DNA of 43,174 bases from Candidatus Woesearchaeota archaeon (GCA_016185635.1 JACPNF010000077.1:1-43174), one strand, 5' to 3'; positions 34,855 through 43,013 are shown, counted from the stretch's first letter. Numbers and translations are program-made. Notes: a model not told the origin generated them from the sequence alone.

Positions 34855-34959
34855 GCTCCCATAGTCTAGTCCGGTTATTTTAATAAAACCGAAAGGACGC
34901 GAGCCTCTCGAGATATTCGGGGAACGCTCGATACCTGGGTTCAAATCCCGGTGGGAGCA
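34855..34959 (+). tRNA. tRNA-Glu(CUC) with two apparent introns (D-loop and anticodon loop)
   Basis: Acceptor GCTCCCA/TGGGAGC, D stem GTCT/GGAC, anticodon stem CGAGC/GCTCG, loop beginning CTCTCG(A), T arm CTGGG-TTCAAAT-CCCGG, discriminator A. At 105 nt it is about 30 nt too long: the D-loop is 27 nt and 21 nt lie between the anticodon stem halves. Confidence 0.7.
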
Positions 34960-35004
34960 TAAAATTTTTGATTAAAAACATAAAAATATTAAATTCTCAA
35001 GCTG

Positions 35005-35043
35005 TACGTCTACATAGAAAACTTTATAAATAATGTAGACGTA
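35005..35043 (+). promoter_or_regulatory. 11-bp perfect inverted repeat bracketing a TATA box upstream of the MNT/HepT pair
   Basis: TACGTCTACAT (35005-35015) and ATGTAGACGTA (35033-35043) enclose CTTTATAAATA. The ATG at 35052 is about 25 nt downstream of the box. Confidence 0.45.
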
Positions 35044-35048
35044 TAAAA

Positions 35049-35522
35049 TTGATGGTTTATACAGAAATCAAGGAAAGAAATGGAAAAAAGTATTTTTACA
35101 GAGTTATATCTATAAGAAATAAAAATAAGGTATCTAAAAAAAGAGAATATCTTGGCATTAATTTATCTAAAAAAGAATTATCTTTCAAGGAAAAAGAAGC
35201 AGATAAAGTGCTTAATCTAAAAAATATAGAAAAGAAAAATAAAGCTATAGAAAAATTAAAGCCGATAATAATAAAAATTCTAAAAAAACATGGAGTAAAA
35301 AGAGCAGGTATTTTCGGGAGTTATGCCCGTGGAGAGCAAAAGAAAAATAGTGATATTGATATTTTAGCAGACATTCCAAAAAAAGTAAATTTATTTGATT
35401 TCGTTGGAATAAAATTAGAATTAGAAGATGCCTTGAAAAAAAAAGTTGATTTAGTTGAATACAAATTAATTAGACCAGAACTCAAAAATATTATATTAAA
35501 TGAAGAAGTGAAAATATTATGA
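35049..35522 (+). CDS. nucleotidyltransferase (MNT/MntA-type antitoxin) with extra N-terminal domain of about 80 aa
   Basis: GIFGSYARGEQKKNSDIDILADI...KVDLVEY; overlaps the HepT gene by 4 nt. Confidence 0.8.
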   Translation: MMVYTEIKERNGKKYFYRVISIRNKNKVSKKREYLGINLSKKELSFKEKEADKVLNLKNIEKKNKAIEKLKPIIIKILKKHGVKRAGIFGSYARGEQKKNSDIDILADIPKKVNLFDFVGIKLELEDALKKKVDLVEYKLIRPELKNIILNEEVKIL

Positions 35523-35878
35523 AAAGAAAAGAAGGATTATTTTTAAAAGATATTATAGAAAGCATTGAAAATATAAAGAAATTCACAAAAAGTATATCAA
35601 AAGAAGAATTTATAAAAAATAGACTAATCCAGGATGCTGTTATAAGGGAAATTGAAATAATCGGCGAAGCTGTTAAACATATATCAGATGACATAAAAGA
35701 AAGATATCCCGAAATTGAATGGAAAAATATTTCTGGAACAAGAGATATTTTTATTCATGGATATTTTCAAGTTAACTTAGAAAAGGTCTGGGATATTGTA
35801 AAAAATAACCTTGATAATTTGAAACAAAACATTCTGAAAGTAAAAGTATATGTTGACTCAAAAGAAGAAGTAAGATAA
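35519..35878 (+). CDS. HepT/DUF86-family HEPN toxin
   Basis: IQDAVIREIEIIGEAVKHIS...W..ISGTRDIFIHGYFQV....VW (Rx4-6H context). Confidence 0.8.
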   Translation: MKRKEGLFLKDIIESIENIKKFTKSISKEEFIKNRLIQDAVIREIEIIGEAVKHISDDIKERYPEIEWKNISGTRDIFIHGYFQVNLEKVWDIVKNNLDNLKQNILKVKVYVDSKEEVR

Positions 35879-35974
35879 AGGAAAATTAGCCAATTTGGTA
35901 GGGTTACTGTGGAAGCATTTTTATGATTTCTTGAAAAGTTCAGCTTTTTAAATAGGTAGATATTGAATTTTTAC

Positions 35975-37189
35975 ATGGACCTAAACAATTTAAAGTTAAA
36001 TTCGAATTTAATAAAAGCCATAAAGGAAATGGGTTATACTGAATTCACAGAAATCCAGAATAAATGTATTCCAGCTATTCTAGAAGGAAAAGACATATTT
36101 GGGCAGTCAAAAACAGGATCTGGCAAAACAGCTGCTTTTGGATTGCCTATTTTACAAAAAATAAAGCCGGGTGAGGGACTTCAAGTCTTAATTTTGACTC
36201 CGACAAGAGAATTATGCGTGCAGGTTACCCAAGTATTAAATAATTTTGGAAAATATTCTAAAATTAAGGCTGTAAGCATTTATGGGGGAGTTGGTATTGA
36301 ACCTCAAATTAGAGACATCAAAAAAGCAGATATTGTCATCGGAACTCCTGGAAGAATACAGGATCACCTGGGCAGAAAAACAATTTCATTTCAAAATATA
36401 AAATATTTAGTCCTGGATGAAGCTGATAGAATGTTTGATATAGGTTTTATCAATGTTGTAGAAAGAATAATAGCACATACGCCAAAAGAGAAGCAGACGT
36501 TATTATTCAGTGCAACTTTATCAGAAAGCGTAAATCATATTTTAAAAAAGCACCTTAAAAATCCAATAATTATCAAAAGCTCAGAATATGTTGAGCCAGA
36601 AAAATTAAAACAGATTTACTATAGCCTAGAATATTATGAGAAATTTTCTTTGCTGGTTCATTTATTAAAAAAAGAAACTTTTGGGATAGCCTTGGTTTTT
36701 TGTGCAACACGAAGAGAAGTTGATTTATTAACAAGAAACCTGAGAAAACAAGGAATTAAAGTAATGGGAATTCATGGGGGATTAACTCAGAACAGAAGAC
36801 AGCAGGCTTTAAATCAATTGAAAAGTGAAAATATTAGAGTTTTAGTTGCAACTGATGTTGCTGCAAGGGGTTTGGATATTCCAAATATTACTCACGTGTA
36901 TAACTATGATGTTCCGAAAACTTCTGACGAATATATTCATAGGATAGGAAGGACTGCGAGAGCTGGAGAAATGGGAGAAGCTATTACTCTCTTAATTGAA
37001 AAAGATTATTCCAATTTTGATAATGTACTAAGCAACAGAAGAATCCAAATTAAAAAAGAAGAAGTCCCTAAATTTAAAAAAGTTTATTTTGAAAGAAATA
37101 TGGAAAGAAGAAGACCTTTTCAGAGAGTTTCATTTCCAGGAAAAAAATATGGGCAAAGAGAAGAAAAAAGATATCATTATAGAAGATAG
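35975..37189 (+). CDS. DEAD-box ATP-dependent RNA helicase
   Basis: Q-motif FTEIQ, GQSKTGSGKT, PTRELC, VLDEADRM, SAT, HRIGRTARAG. The ATG at 35975 is preferred over the TTG at 35963. Confidence 0.9.
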   Translation: MDLNNLKLNSNLIKAIKEMGYTEFTEIQNKCIPAILEGKDIFGQSKTGSGKTAAFGLPILQKIKPGEGLQVLILTPTRELCVQVTQVLNNFGKYSKIKAVSIYGGVGIEPQIRDIKKADIVIGTPGRIQDHLGRKTISFQNIKYLVLDEADRMFDIGFINVVERIIAHTPKEKQTLLFSATLSESVNHILKKHLKNPIIIKSSEYVEPEKLKQIYYSLEYYEKFSLLVHLLKKETFGIALVFCATRREVDLLTRNLRKQGIKVMGIHGGLTQNRRQQALNQLKSENIRVLVATDVAARGLDIPNITHVYNYDVPKTSDEYIHRIGRTARAGEMGEAITLLIEKDYSNFDNVLSNRRIQIKKEEVPKFKKVYFERNMERRRPFQRVSFPGKKYGQREEKRYHYRR

Positions 37190-37282
37190 CTAAAAATATA
37201 CTTTATAGTTATGCTGGGTAGTCAAACTTTTTGATTATTCCGCCGTCAGTATTGTTCTTTAAAAAGAAAAAAAGAAAAAAAA

Positions 37283-37483
37283 TTACTGGTTTTTGTTGTT
37301 TATTCCAAGATAATTATGCAGCAAGCACCAACCGATTAGACTTTCCAAAAGTGCTATCCATCCAACAGCGTGAACTATCCAATTTGCCCATCCCAAACTA
37401 AAGTGTGGTGCATAAGAACTTAGCCACCAGACTCCAAGCAAAAATCGAAAAATCCTGTCTAATTTTCCCAAATTTTGTTTCAT
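37283..37483 (-). CDS. DUF2892 (YgaP-like) small membrane protein
   Basis: NLGKLDRIFRFLLG... with two TM helices. Confidence 0.55.
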   Translation of the reverse strand: MKQNLGKLDRIFRFLLGVWWLSSYAPHFSLGWANWIVHAVGWIALLESLIGWCLLHNYLGINNKNQ

Positions 37484-37494
37484 GATTTCACCTC

Positions 37495-37782
37495 TTAATT
37501 TTTTTCAATATCAAAACGTATCTTGAATTTCTTTCTCGTGAAATGCTTGTAATAACCGTCAATTAAATCCATCCCAGCATAACCTCCTAAAAAGCTAAGC
37601 TGTTTTGCAAATCCAAAAAGTATTCCAGAAAAAGCTCCAGAAGCAATAACTAATATTGCGTAAAACCCGAATTTTTTAGAGTCAATTTTCTTTTTTGACT
37701 GGTATGATTTTATTAAATCAACTAACAGCCTGACTACCCCTCCTAATATCCCAAAAACAACAGCTATAGTTAATTCACTCAT
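37495..37782 (-). CDS. small membrane protein, tandem paralog
   Basis: 95 aa sharing G.LGG.VR.L and GY.G.D blocks with 37779-38051. Confidence 0.5.
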   Translation of the reverse strand: MSELTIAVVFGILGGVVRLLVDLIKSYQSKKKIDSKKFGFYAILVIASGAFSGILFGFAKQLSFLGGYAGMDLIDGYYKHFTRKKFKIRFDIEKN

Positions 37783-38051
37783 TTTCTTATGAAAACACTC
37801 CCTTCTAAAGTAGCTTTAAAGACATTTTCCAAGATATCAGTTCCAACATATCCAGTAAGAGCAGCTATGTTATATTGTGTATTAAACACGCTTCCGAGAA
37901 TACCTCCAATAGCTCCCGCAATAATAATTGTGGTTAAAAAGTAACCAATGCTGATAGTCTTGTTTTTGGCAACAGCCTTCATTATTCCATATAAAGCCCT
38001 GACTAATCCTCCTAAAGCTCCTACCAAAATAAAAGCAATCACCTCTTGCAT
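37779..38051 (-). CDS. small membrane protein, tandem paralog
   Basis: 90 aa; 4-nt overlap with the downstream paralog. Confidence 0.5.
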   Translation of the reverse strand: MQEVIAFILVGALGGLVRALYGIMKAVAKNKTISIGYFLTTIIIAGAIGGILGSVFNTQYNIAALTGYVGTDILENVFKATLEGSVFIRK

Positions 38052-38129
38052 TATTTTGCTTAAGAGTTTGTAATTTAATAAGTTTTTGATATAACAATAC
38101 TTAAAAACAGGTTTACATAGATAATATAG

Positions 38130-38786
38130 GTGGGGACTTTAGAAGATATATTAATTGATACAGGTTGCCTATTTATACCTAAATTAGACAAGGTAGCTTT
38201 CAAAATTCAAACTAATTATAGGAAGTGTTCAAATTTTTTTCAGGGGAGAAAAAGAAGATTAGGTGAAGTAAAAGCATTTAATTTGCAGGATTTAGCACAA
38301 GTACTTGATATAGTGCAAAAGAACCAGGAAGCTGTTTCCAATTTAAATGCTCTTTTCATAGACTCTACTCTTTCTGGTGAAGATGGAGTTTATAAAACAG
38401 AAAGACTGCTTGAAAGAGGCCTTGGATCATTTTTGTTGAATAAGTTCTGTATTAATAATAAAGCAAGAGAATCTATTTTTTCATGTGTTAGCCATGAAGC
38501 CTTTGGAAATGATAAAGAAGAAAAAGAAGGAGAAAAGCATTACTTTGATTTTTTAAAGGGAAAAAGATATCAAAGTACAGGGAAATCACGAAGTTTTGTG
38601 ATACCTTGCTATGAAGCTTTTATAGAATTCTTTTATTCTTTAATAGGCAAGAAGTACCAAGATAAAGGCAAGCCGCGAAGTTTTGTATTTCCAGAGTATG
38701 AAGCTTTTGTTGAATTCACGGTAAAAGACCCTGAAAAATTTGTAATAGATGGAAGATATATCCTTCAAAATCACAATAAACCTTAA
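38130..38786 (+). CDS. hypothetical protein with internal 29-aa duplication
   Basis: 218 aa with a GTG start. GKRYQSTGKSRSFVIPCYEAFIEF is repeated as GKKYQDKGKPRSFVFPEYEAFVEF. Confidence 0.45.
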   Translation: MGTLEDILIDTGCLFIPKLDKVAFKIQTNYRKCSNFFQGRKRRLGEVKAFNLQDLAQVLDIVQKNQEAVSNLNALFIDSTLSGEDGVYKTERLLERGLGSFLLNKFCINNKARESIFSCVSHEAFGNDKEEKEGEKHYFDFLKGKRYQSTGKSRSFVIPCYEAFIEFFYSLIGKKYQDKGKPRSFVFPEYEAFVEFTVKDPEKFVIDGRYILQNHNKP

Positions 38787-38810
38787 AAATCTTGAAAATA
38801 TAGCAAAGAT

Positions 38811-39143
38811 ATGCTTGAAGACGCCCAGTTGGTAGTTTGCAGGAAATGCAGGAAGAAAGTTCATCCTTCTGAATTAAAAAGAGAAAGTCCAAACAGTAGC
38901 TCAATGGTTTGCAATTCTTGTTTAGGCAGAATGAAGGAAGTAAGCAGCACAATTGAAGAATTAAAAAGCAATATTTCAAATTCAAGCGAGGAAAAAAAGA
39001 GATATTACTGTGAGGAATGCGGCTTTAAATTTACAAGAACTGGCAGGCTTATTAACAATACATGCCCTTATTGTTCTAAAGAAAGTGTAAAGGTAGTAGA
39101 AATTAATTTGATAAAAGAAATAAAAGACAATAGTTTTGAATAA
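38811..39143 (+). CDS. double zinc-ribbon protein
   Basis: CRKC...CNSC and CEEC...CPYC pairs. Confidence 0.5.
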   Translation: MLEDAQLVVCRKCRKKVHPSELKRESPNSSSMVCNSCLGRMKEVSSTIEELKSNISNSSEEKKRYYCEECGFKFTRTGRLINNTCPYCSKESVKVVEINLIKEIKDNSFE

Positions 39144-39160
39144 AATAATTCTTTAATCTA

Positions 39161-39217
39161 TTTTCCGAGGTTTTCTTTTTCGTTTTTTCCCTGAAGGCTT
39201 TTTCTAAAAGGCTTCTT
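39161..39217. repeat. copy R9 of repeat family (abuts stop codon of 39216-39644)
   Basis: TTTTCCGAGGTTTTCTTTTTC followed by a 34-mer 33/34 identical to R7/R8. Its last two nt are part of the TAA stop (39216-39218) of the minus-strand gene. Confidence 0.8.
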
Positions 39218-39644
39218 ATTTGCTTTCCAAATAAATTCTATATATAATCTTTAAAGATACCATTACTACAGCTAAGCTCAGGAATATTGACATGTTAAGC
39301 AAAGCTGCCCTTAAGTAAACACCTATATTAAAATAATTGATAACCTGCACAGGTGCAGCGCTGACTAAAATTAAGCCGATTGAAGCCAGTAAAAAATAAG
39401 GAGCTTCTCTCTTGCTGACATCTAAAAACCCTACAACAGCCCCCAGCAATAATAAGATAACTCCTTTTCCAGCACTTAACTGGTTAGGTTCTGCAATTGT
39501 AAATAAGATAACTAATAAAATCCCTAAGCTGAAGAAAAAATGACCAAAATTAAGTTTTCTACTGCCATCAAATAAATCTTTGGATTCTTTTTTAACCTCT
39601 AGCCTTAAATTATTTAAAGCTCCTTTTTTTCCCTTCTTAGCCAT
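39216..39644 (-). CDS. integral membrane protein, unknown function
   Basis: 142 aa with a basic N-terminus followed by 4 hydrophobic helices. Confidence 0.5.
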   Translation of the reverse strand: MAKKGKKGALNNLRLEVKKESKDLFDGSRKLNFGHFFFSLGILLVILFTIAEPNQLSAGKGVILLLLGAVVGFLDVSKREAPYFLLASIGLILVSAAPVQVINYFNIGVYLRAALLNMSIFLSLAVVMVSLKIIYRIYLESK

Positions 39645-39735
39645 GATTATAAAAAACCTTAGAGTATATATAAAAATTTTTAACCATTTAAGAATAGCAA
39701 TTAATAAAAATACAAACTAATATTTAAACAAATAA

Positions 39736-39808
39736 GCAGTAGTAGTATAGTCTGGTAGTACGAGAGCTTCCCAAGCTTTTAGCCCGGGTTCAAATCCCGG
39801 CTACTGCA
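39736..39808 (+). tRNA. tRNA-Gly(CCC)
   Basis: A 73-nt cloverleaf: GCAGTAG/CTACTGC acceptor, GTAT/GTAC D stem, AGAGC-TTCCCAA-GCTTT anticodon arm, CCGGG-TTCAAAT-CCCGG T arm. No encoded CCA. Confidence 0.85.
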
Positions 39809-39846
39809 TAAGATTTATAAACAACCTAATTCAAAAAAAATTTAAG

Positions 39847-41901
39847 ATGGTTTACACAGCCTTGATTTGGATAATAGGAATTTTGTCATTGTTATTTGCA
39901 TTATTCTTGACAAGAAATCTTCTTAAGTTTGATCAAGGCAATCAAAAGATGAAGGAAATTACCAATGCAATAAAAGTTGGGTCAAATGCATTTTTAAAAA
40001 GGCAGTACAAGACAATAAGTATATTATCAGTTATTCTTGCAATTTTAATTTTTGCAGTTTATTCTTATCTTGGAAAAACAGTAGAGGGCAGTATAACTGC
40101 CATGGCATTTTTGTTCGGTGCATTTAGTTCTGCATTGTCAGGATTTATAGGCATGTGGATAGCAGTCAGGGCAAATTCAAGAACAACTGCTGCTGCAGAA
40201 AAAAGTCTTAACAACGCTCTGCAGGTTTCATTAAGATCAGGAGCAATATCAGGAATTGCAATTGTTGCATTGTCTTTGTTAGGTGTTTCTTTTATGATAT
40301 TCCTGTTGCAGCAAGCTGGTTTTGATATTAAAGAAATTCCATTCTTGATTGTTGGTTATGGTTTTGGTGCTTCATTTGTTGCATTGTTTGCGCAATTAGG
40401 CGGAGGAATTTTTACAAAGGCTGCAGATGTTGGTGCAGACTTGGTAGGTAAAATTGAGGCAGGAATTCCTGAAGATGATCCAAGAAACCCTGCTGTAATT
40501 GCAGACTTGGTTGGAGACAATGTTGGAGACTGTGCAGGTCGTGGTGCAGACTTGTTTGAAAGCACGGCAGCAGAAAATATAGGAGCAATGATAATAGGTG
40601 TTGCTTTGTTTCCTGTATTTGGGATTAATGGAATTTTATTTCCCTTGGTTGTAAGGGCATTTGGATTGATAGCATCTATAATTGGAGTAATGACAGTTAA
40701 GTGTGATGAAGATGAAAGCCCAATGAAAGCAATGGCAAAGGGATATTTTATTACGAGCGTACTTGCAACTCTGGCTTTTTATTTTGTTACAATAAAAATG
40801 CTTAACAACATTTGGTTTTTTTATTCAGGATTAGTTGGTATTGTTACAAGCATTCTTATTGTTCTAATAACTGTTTACTATACTGAAAGTTCTTTTAGGC
40901 CTGTAAAAAAAATTGCAAAGGCATCAGAAACAGGCCATGCAACAAATGTTATAGCAGGTTTTGCAGTAGGTTTAGAATCAACTGCTTTGCCAGTTATTGT
41001 TTTATCAGCTGCTTTAATTTTAGCATATAAATTTGGAGTTTTCTCCGGAATAGAACATGGAGGTATTTATGGGACAGCCATGGCAACAATGGGTATGCTA
41101 GCAACTGCAGCATACATACTTGCGATGGATAATTTTGGACCTATTGTTGATAATGCAGGAGGGATAGCTGAAATGTCAAAGGCAGAAGAATCCTTGAGAA
41201 AAAGAACAGATAAATTAGATGCTGTTGGAAACACAACTAAAGCCTTGACAAAGGGATATGCTATTGGTTCAGCAGCACTTGCGGCTTTCTTATTATTCTC
41301 AGCATATTTAGATGAGGTTGCAAAATATACTGGAAATGCAGTAATGTCAGTTGACATAACAAAAGTACCTGTTTTTGTAGGTGGATTTATCGGTGCAATG
41401 CTAATATTTTTATTTAGCTCTCTTGCTATTGATGCAGTAGGAGAAACAGCACACATTATTATTGATGAAGTCAGGCGTCAATTCAAGCAAATTCCTGGGA
41501 TAATGACTTACAAAAATAAGCCAGATTATGCAAAATGTGTTGATATATGTGCGAAAGCTGCTTTAAAACAGATGATCCTCCCAGGTGTTCTTGTAATTGG
41601 TTTAACAGTTATTGTTGGTATAATATTAAAAGCAGAAGCTGTTGCTGCTTATTTAATGATAGGAACAATATCTGGAATCTTAATGGCTTTAGTTCTTAAT
41701 ACAGGTGGTGGAGCTTTAGATAATGCCAAAAAACATATTGAAGCAGGTCATCATGGTGGAAAAGGAAGTCTAGCACACCAGGCAGCAATTACAGGAGATA
41801 CTTTTGCCGATGCCGGAAAAGATTGCGGCGGTCCAAGTTTACATGTTCTCATAAAATTATTAGGAACGATTACTTTAGTTCTTGCTCCTTTATTTATTTG
41901 A
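39847..41901 (+). CDS. hppA: membrane-bound proton-translocating pyrophosphatase
   Basis: 684-aa polytopic protein with GGGIFTKAADVGADLVGK, DPRNPAVIADLVGDNVGDCAGRGADLFES, GNTTKA and DNAKK. Confidence 0.95.
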   Translation: MVYTALIWIIGILSLLFALFLTRNLLKFDQGNQKMKEITNAIKVGSNAFLKRQYKTISILSVILAILIFAVYSYLGKTVEGSITAMAFLFGAFSSALSGFIGMWIAVRANSRTTAAAEKSLNNALQVSLRSGAISGIAIVALSLLGVSFMIFLLQQAGFDIKEIPFLIVGYGFGASFVALFAQLGGGIFTKAADVGADLVGKIEAGIPEDDPRNPAVIADLVGDNVGDCAGRGADLFESTAAENIGAMIIGVALFPVFGINGILFPLVVRAFGLIASIIGVMTVKCDEDESPMKAMAKGYFITSVLATLAFYFVTIKMLNNIWFFYSGLVGIVTSILIVLITVYYTESSFRPVKKIAKASETGHATNVIAGFAVGLESTALPVIVLSAALILAYKFGVFSGIEHGGIYGTAMATMGMLATAAYILAMDNFGPIVDNAGGIAEMSKAEESLRKRTDKLDAVGNTTKALTKGYAIGSAALAAFLLFSAYLDEVAKYTGNAVMSVDITKVPVFVGGFIGAMLIFLFSSLAIDAVGETAHIIIDEVRRQFKQIPGIMTYKNKPDYAKCVDICAKAALKQMILPGVLVIGLTVIVGIILKAEAVAAYLMIGTISGILMALVLNTGGGALDNAKKHIEAGHHGGKGSLAHQAAITGDTFADAGKDCGGPSLHVLIKLLGTITLVLAPLFI

Positions 41902-42976
41902 GAATTTCTTTTTTAATATTATCTCGAATTTTATTCCAACCAATACCAATCTCATTCCAGCTAACGAGATTAATATTTTCTAAAATAAATTTCATTTTTT
42001 GTATTTTCTCAGGATGTTTACTATATTTTAAAAGTATCTGAATTAAATGTTTAATATGCTCTTTTCTATAAATAATAAGTTGATAAAAATCTTTGTTATA
42101 AATTCCATATGAAGTAAAAGAGCCCTTTTCCCTAGAAAGATAAAGTAAAGCAAAAAAACCTCTCACTATTAATTTTTCTTTTATTTGCCATAAAATATCT
42201 TTATCCATTGAACCAATTCCAAACACAAATCTAAAATTATCATAATCTTTACCATATTTACGATTATTAATTATACACCAGTATCCTTCACAGTCCATAT
42301 AAGCTGCAAAAAAATTATAAAAATATTCATCATTTTCCATTATCCAGTCTGGAATCTTTTCAGGCTTTTCTAAAAGAAAATTAAAAGAAGGATGTAAATC
42401 AATATAAATAAACCATTCTGGCTCTTTTCTTAATTTGGATTGGTAAAAATATTTACAAATCTCACCGTACTTTTCAAAAGAATTTCTTAACAATTCTACC
42501 TGAGCTGGATGTGTTGTAGATGTTTGAAATCGTGGAGATAAATTCTTTGTCTTGCAATGAAAATCGCCAGTCCTTAAACCTAAAAAATAAGCTTTTTCAG
42601 CTAAATCTCCGGAAAATTCAGATTTCATTTTTAATGTCATGGCTTCAGAAAGGGTTTTTCTTTTAAGCCCATACTTTTCCATTTTCTTTCTTATTGTTCT
42701 TTCATTTTTAATGCCAAATTTCTCAGCAATTTCTCTAGGCTTCATGCCCTTGTTCCAGTAAAGGTCCTCAAGAATTTCCTTATCAATAAGTATTTTCCTA
42801 TAATCTACAGGTCTTTTCTCAATCCCAAATTTTTCAAGAGCTCTAAAAATAGTTGTTCCAGAGCAATTAAGTTTCTTAGCTACTTGGCTTAAGGAAAGTT
42901 TTTGATTTACATACATTTCTTCAAGTTCTTTCTTAGAGAAAAAATATTTAGTTTTATACACCACAAACTCATACAA
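41894..42976 (-). CDS. free-standing LAGLIDADG-like endonuclease homolog with two N-terminal HTH repeats
   Basis: 360 aa with a TTG start. It has duplicated HTH-like units (LSLSQVAKKLNCSGTTIFRALEKFGI / MKPREIAEKFGIKNERTIRKKMEKYGL) and LAGLIDADG-like motifs AYFLGLRTGDF and FFAAYMDCEGYW. It overlaps the hppA 3' end by 8 nt (convergent). Confidence 0.6.
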   Translation of the reverse strand: MYEFVVYKTKYFFSKKELEEMYVNQKLSLSQVAKKLNCSGTTIFRALEKFGIEKRPVDYRKILIDKEILEDLYWNKGMKPREIAEKFGIKNERTIRKKMEKYGLKRKTLSEAMTLKMKSEFSGDLAEKAYFLGLRTGDFHCKTKNLSPRFQTSTTHPAQVELLRNSFEKYGEICKYFYQSKLRKEPEWFIYIDLHPSFNFLLEKPEKIPDWIMENDEYFYNFFAAYMDCEGYWCIINNRKYGKDYDNFRFVFGIGSMDKDILWQIKEKLIVRGFFALLYLSREKGSFTSYGIYNKDFYQLIIYRKEHIKHLIQILLKYSKHPEKIQKMKFILENINLVSWNEIGIGWNKIRDNIKKEILK

Positions 42977-43013
42977 GATAATTTCCTATATAAATCTTAG
43001 GCAGACATGCCTC

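Noticed and set aside
30060-42041. Short antisense ORFs in the right flank: 30060-30311, 32471-32749, 33866-34138, 34460-34699, 35491-35694, 37882-38097, 38640-38864, 38716-38985, 40356-40565, 41067-41456 and 41823-42041
   Set aside because: They overlap better-supported genes. ORF 34460-34699 additionally spans a repeat insertion and two gene boundaries.
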